Of a stretch of DNA of 64,000 nucleotides, positions 59,739 to 64,000 are shown in pieces (within the stretch, counting starts at the first letter, position 1; each line of letters opens with the position of its first letter). The stretch spans positions 1-64,000 of IMG/VR virus record IMGVR_UViG_3300028569_002586; one strand, 5' to 3'. The stretch comes from a virus. The position numbers and the translations under genes were made by a program. The notes under the pieces were generated by a model. That model saw only the letters and a list, made by a program, of their open reading frames with translations, was not told where the DNA came from and did not search any database.

Positions 59739-60605
59739 CTATTTTGCAACATTTTTGCCGAGTGGCACACTCTTGGTTTCATTAGCTCTCTTTATTTCTT
59801 CTTGTTCTTTTATGTATAGATTTAGCATAAGTGTTGATTCAGCAGGTGTTAATTCATAGTAATCAGAAAGACTTGCATGAATTTTATTTGTAAAGATATA
59901 CATCAGATTGTAGAAATTGAGTAAGCTGTCTTTGAATACACTGGATAGCAATCCAAATCCTGTATTTTTAAACAGACTCAAATCTATTTGTTCCAGTTGA
60001 AAATTTTTATCTTCTTTTATCAAAGGGTATTTGTTTAAAATATTTTCTAGATTATCAAAAAAATGTTTTGCTTGAGTGAAAATAGTGCCTGGAAGATTGT
60101 TGATGTATTCTTTTTTTATTTGTGCATCCAATTTGCTAAAAAATATGGTTTCCCTGTCAAGGGTGATATATTCTATGCAATCTTCAATTATGTTATCAAA
60201 AGAAGGGTAATACAACTCTTTTGGTATATTGAACCCCACAACAATGTTGCTACAGTCTACAGTGGCTTTTAGCTGTATTGTCTCAAGTTGTTTGTAAATT
60301 GAATAAATGTCAATTTTTTTACTAAATTTAATTTTATCTTTGGATTCAAATTCTATATCTGGTGCAATGCAAATGCTTCTCAGTGTTAGAAGGATGATTA
60401 GCTTATCTATAAAATTTAAATTTACATATTCACTTTTTTCAATAACCAAATCAAATATAATGGAATTAAAGTAGTCATTTAAATTGTTAAAATCTTGATT
60501 TTGTATGAACTTGAGCAAGTTGAAATACTGTTTATTCTTAAGTTGTAAGAAATTTATAGTTCTGTTGTCTGTAATCTTTATGGGTATGAAGAAATCTTTG
60601 ATCAC
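59739..60605 (-). CDS. gp26-like protein with gp51-like C-terminus
   Basis: DKLIILLTLRSICI (gp26-like); SLLNFYNLMY...SLSDYYELTPAESTLMLNLYIKEQEE (gp51-like). Confidence 0.55.
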   Translation of the reverse strand: MIKDFFIPIKITDNRTINFLQLKNKQYFNLLKFIQNQDFNNLNDYFNSIIFDLVIEKSEYVNLNFIDKLIILLTLRSICIAPDIEFESKDKIKFSKKIDIYSIYKQLETIQLKATVDCSNIVVGFNIPKELYYPSFDNIIEDCIEYITLDRETIFFSKLDAQIKKEYINNLPGTIFTQAKHFFDNLENILNKYPLIKEDKNFQLEQIDLSLFKNTGFGLLSSVFKDSLLNFYNLMYIFTNKIHASLSDYYELTPAESTLMLNLYIKEQEEIKRANETKSVPLGKNVAK

Positions 60606-60639
60606 ATGAATACTTAAAACAAAGTATCAAAATAACAAA

Positions 60640-61548
60640 TTATAAGAAAGCGTAAGGGTTTATTGAGCCAATACCGTTTTGGAAGGAAGTTATTCTTGGA
60701 ATTTGGCCAGTTGATATTCTGTTGATAATATCTGCAACAGGCAGATAAAGATTGTTTTCAACAGTATAGTTGCTGTATGTCCAGCGTGTGTTGTAAATCT
60801 GTTGCTTTTCATCAGAGTACTCCAAAGTCTGTGTACTGATACTGTAAGGAGCACAATTGTAAAAGGTATACACTTTGCGAGGTATCATAGACACACCATT
60901 GTATGTTCTAGTGTATTGTAACAAGGTCATGTTAGCTTTCATGTTATACTGATCTTTTTTTCCTGGCCTGTCACCTGGTCTGGCAGCCAATCCAAAATGA
61001 GAGGTGAGAATTGTCCAGGGTCTCAGGACAAAGTCAACAAACGAAGTATTTGTTTCGCGAAAATCAATTGCTAATTCAGGAAATGTGTCTGTTCTTCTGC
61101 CTCCTAAAATACCAGGTAAGAATCCTCTGTTGTTTGGTACACTGATTGATTCAGGTGCAAATTCTTCCACAGGAACTGTAACAGAATATGCAAAAAGACA
61201 TCCAACTATTTTCTGCAATGGGAAGCTTTTTAAAATGGTAGCAGCAGTGGATATATCAAAACCTTTTTTACTGCCATCTACTCGTTCCAATCCTTGTATG
61301 ACTTGTGTTCTTATGGCTGCTGGATAGTTGTCAATGACAATAACCCATTGGGTTGACATGGGAATCGAGGTAAACCAAGATTCCATTTGTGTGAGAAAAT
61401 AATCTCTAACACTAATAATGGGCACACCAGGAATATTGAAGCCAAATAGATTGATTGCTTGAGGTGCAAATAGTGTGTTGGTACCATTGCCAAGGCCGGT
61501 AAAATTCTGTCCAAGCGAATTTAAAGCATCGGTAAGAGGGTTATTCAC
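60640..61548 (-). CDS. tail tube paralogue / baseplate-tube junction, gp54-like
   Basis: LAIDFRETNTSFVDFVLRPW...YTFYNCAPYSI tube-fold motifs. Confidence 0.6.
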   Translation of the reverse strand: MNNPLTDALNSLGQNFTGLGNGTNTLFAPQAINLFGFNIPGVPIISVRDYFLTQMESWFTSIPMSTQWVIVIDNYPAAIRTQVIQGLERVDGSKKGFDISTAATILKSFPLQKIVGCLFAYSVTVPVEEFAPESISVPNNRGFLPGILGGRRTDTFPELAIDFRETNTSFVDFVLRPWTILTSHFGLAARPGDRPGKKDQYNMKANMTLLQYTRTYNGVSMIPRKVYTFYNCAPYSISTQTLEYSDEKQQIYNTRWTYSNYTVENNLYLPVADIINRISTGQIPRITSFQNGIGSINPYAFL

Positions 61549-61574
61549 CTAATTATTTAAGAAAAAATAATATT

Positions 61575-62123
61575 TTAGGTAACATTTCTCCAATAGTGAT
61601 AGGAGAGTGTAGCAGCAAATTCAATAGTGTTACCAGTTCCATCAGAGATGTTGTATGTCAGAGCACCAACGCTTCTTACTGATACACCCACTAGCTGATA
61701 CTGTGCAACCTTATTCATTTGATTGTCCAGCTGAACAAGATCAATGACTGCAGTCTGATTGGGTGAAAAGTAATTACCTGTGCTGGTGGCGTCATTGAAA
61801 ATATCTTGTGACCAGGTTTCAAATTTCTGACGGATCTTGGACTGTGCATCAGCGTAGAATGTCAATGTGTAAGCATCAGAGCCAGGATATGTTGCATTGC
61901 CAGGGAGATTGAAGTTTAATCCCATGTATGGCACAGAAACATTGGTAATGCTTCTTTCTGGTAATGAAGCTGTCTTCACATAAACGAGATCATTATCATC
62001 AAATGTGACAGTACTTGCACCACCAGTGCTGATGGAAAGTACTCTGAAGTTATAATCACGAGTAAACTCGCGATTTTGTGCTACTCTGTAGAAGTCCTGA
62101 ATGAGTTGATTTACGTCTGCCAT
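61575..62123 (-). CDS. tail tube protein, T4 gp19-like
   Basis: VKTASLP.RSI..VSVPYMG....PG...Y; IRQKFETW; VQLD; F..TLSYHYW. Confidence 0.88.
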   Translation of the reverse strand: MADVNQLIQDFYRVAQNREFTRDYNFRVLSISTGGASTVTFDDNDLVYVKTASLPERSITNVSVPYMGLNFNLPGNATYPGSDAYTLTFYADAQSKIRQKFETWSQDIFNDATSTGNYFSPNQTAVIDLVQLDNQMNKVAQYQLVGVSVRSVGALTYNISDGTGNTIEFAATLSYHYWRNVT

Positions 62124-62134
62124 ATAATTATTTA
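62124..62134 (-). promoter_or_regulatory. T4-type late promoter (example of ~19 TAAATA/TAAGTA sites)
   Basis: TAAATA at 62134-62129, 5 nt before the tube ATG; same geometry recurs at many structural genes. Confidence 0.8.
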
Positions 62135-62137
62135 TCC

Positions 62138-64000
62138 TTAAGCAACAATCTCCTGGAAATTAACACCGGTTCTTGTTGCATAGAAGTTAGCAAGAATATA
62201 TTCAGCTGTTCTCACAGGCTTGATGTAGATATCTATCACCAAGGTATTATCATCCACAACAGATGGTGGGTTGTTTCTTTCGTCACAAATTAACAAGTAG
62301 TCATATATGCCTTGTGTATTCTTTGCATTTTCAAAGATGGGTGTCAAGGTGTTAACAACTTGTGTTCTTGTGAAGAGTGTGTTGGGTTCAAACACAAAGT
62401 ACTTGATGGTATTCTTTGTGGCTGTCTCAAGATTCAAGAACAATCTGCGTACATTAATTCTATCAAATGCACTGGGTCTCTGTTGTAGTGTCTTTTGACC
62501 GAAGATTACAAATCCTTCTGCAGGGAAGAAAGCCACAGGGTTGAGACCCTGTTTGTAAAGATCATCTCTTTGTTTCTGCTTAGGATATATGGCGAGATCA
62601 GTTATTCCTGTTACAACACCGCGGGTAAACCCAGCAGGTGCATACCAAGGTTGATAATTTGTGTCAGTGTTTGCAAAGCTAGCTGCAGCAAACCCAGAGA
62701 ATGGTACCCACACATCTAGATTTGCGGCAATATCGGATACTCTCACACATGTTGCAAATGTACAAGTGTAATTTGAATCAATTCCAGAAAATTGATTCTT
62801 TAGCGGCCAATATATGTCTGTTGAGAATGCTTTGGCAGGGTTATCAATTGTCTTGAGCCCACCAGAAACAAGAATGTTTGTCAAAGGATCAAGTATCGCC
62901 ATGTTGTCTTTGCGTGCATTCTGTGCAAAACTAACTAGCTCTGTGGCTACTTCAAGATATTTTGAAGCAGCATTAGGCAATGTAGTTGATCTCTGAGCAG
63001 TTAATGCATTAAATGCTGAATCATATGGCACAGAATCATCAAAGTAACCTGATGTTGCAGGGTTAAATGAGTTGACATACACTGTTCCCAGGCCTGCCTC
63101 AACAACAATATTGAGAGGATACAGATCAGAGTTATCAACCTTACCAAACAATTTCTGTAGCTTGGTTGGTACACTGCCAATCTTCTTTGTGTTAAGGTCT
63201 TGACTTGTATAGTCCCCAATTGGGAACAATGCATCAGTATCACCAATAAGATTTCTAAAGGCATTTACTGTTGCTTCTGGTGCACCAACACGTGTTGTGT
63301 AATCACCAGCGCTCTCACCATCCAATGGCTGTGCTAGACGTGTGCTTAGGAAACGGGTCTTCTTGGTAGGAACACCATTGACATTAAGCCATGTTGGTCC
63401 ATTCTTATTGGAAATGTATGGATTAATAAGAGTTATGATCTGTAAAGACTGGTCATCTTTATTCTCCATGAAAAAGCTAATGGCAGGGCCACCATTTTGA
63501 CTGTTAATCTGTCTGTTAGCATCAAATGATGCAACATAACTCTCTTCTAGAACAAATCCTAATGCAATTGTATCAGGAGAGAACACAGTTTGACGGAGTT
63601 TGAATACACCGAACACTGCTGTATCATCATACAGATCATTGCTAATTGGAAAGGTGGGGATATCTTCTAGAACTTGTGAAATGCTTCCAGCAGGGCTAGA
63701 TTTTGTAGCAGAAAGAACAAAGTCTAATCTTGCTTGTGGTAGCTCCACATAATTGGTTGTAAAGAGATTTGAGTTATTGATAGAGTAAACTTGCTGAACA
63801 GTATCATATTCTGTTGCAGGGTTGAGATTAGTATTATCTATTGCACCAAGATAATACCCTTCAAATCTGCTATTGATTGTGGATTGTGATTTATTCAGTA
63901 CAACCATTCCAGCGTATTGGAAAGAATCAATAGTACTAAATGCTGTGGCACCACCGTAGCCAGATGTATTAGCAGACCATGTAAAGGCATCGCCTCTTAG
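62138..64000 (-). CDS. tail sheath protein, T4 gp18-like (5' end beyond window)
   Basis: PWYAPAGFTRG, QRDDLYKQGLNPV, IFGQKTLQ..PSAFDRINVRRLF, FEPN...TR, IYIKPVRTAEYI; frame open to 64000. Confidence 0.95.
   Translation of the reverse strand, partial: LRGDAFTWSANTSGYGGATAFSTIDSFQYAGMVVLNKSQSTINSRFEGYYLGAIDNTNLNPATEYDTVQQVYSINNSNLFTTNYVELPQARLDFVLSATKSSPAGSISQVLEDIPTFPISNDLYDDTAVFGVFKLRQTVFSPDTIALGFVLEESYVASFDANRQINSQNGGPAISFFMENKDDQSLQIITLINPYISNKNGPTWLNVNGVPTKKTRFLSTRLAQPLDGESAGDYTTRVGAPEATVNAFRNLIGDTDALFPIGDYTSQDLNTKKIGSVPTKLQKLFGKVDNSDLYPLNIVVEAGLGTVYVNSFNPATSGYFDDSVPYDSAFNALTAQRSTTLPNAASKYLEVATELVSFAQNARKDNMAILDPLTNILVSGGLKTIDNPAKAFSTDIYWPLKNQFSGIDSNYTCTFATCVRVSDIAANLDVWVPFSGFAAASFANTDTNYQPWYAPAGFTRGVVTGITDLAIYPKQKQRDDLYKQGLNPVAFFPAEGFVIFGQKTLQQRPSAFDRINVRRLFLNLETATKNTIKYFVFEPNTLFTRTQVVNTLTPIFENAKNTQGIYDYLLICDERNNPPSVVDDNTLVIDIYIKPVRTAEYILANFYATRTGVNFQEIVA

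Noticed and set aside
1-64000. Eukaryotic or giant-virus (NCLDV) origin suggested by RFC, LRR/RCC1 domains and CpG loss
   Set aside because: A T4-like contractile tail module, tmRNA and T4-type late promoters indicate a bacteriophage

Overview
The window is a segment of a large T4-like (contractile-tailed) bacteriophage genome in the standard genetic code. The right half (about 20-64 kb, minus strand) is a tail/baseplate region. It holds the sheath (gp18, truncated by the window end), tube (gp19), gp54-, gp26/gp51-, tape-measure-, gp48-, gp53-, gp27-, gp25- and gp6-like genes. Very large wedge/adhesin proteins follow, with PKD, NHL, LRR, L-type lectin, RCC1, BspA, gp38-like, cupredoxin, FG-GAP, Ig and S74 domains. 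Clamp loader, dUTPase and a probable small terminase are inserted among them. The left half holds a phage tmRNA whose 3' end is duplicated (18 bp) around an AT-rich homing-endonuclease gene, a glycosyl/methyltransferase operon led by a GT60 GlcNAc transferase, dCMP deaminase, a Cas4-like nuclease, and an AT-rich tailoring island (2OG dioxygenases, sulfotransferase, GT8, AsnB, methyltransferase, radical SAM). The best candidate new system is a phage-encoded mucin-type O-glycosylation pathway: GT60 plus extending/capping enzymes, acting on two-headed adhesins built from (PTVT)n linkers around a shared ~80-aa anchor domain. Other notable signals are about 19 late promoters (TAAATA/TAAGTA) only 5-7 nt before start codons (implying leaderless mRNAs), extreme CpG depletion, an in-frame TAA in one adhesin, and a tRNA-Gln fused to a tail-fibre relic. 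All family calls are from motif recognition by eye; no database search was run.
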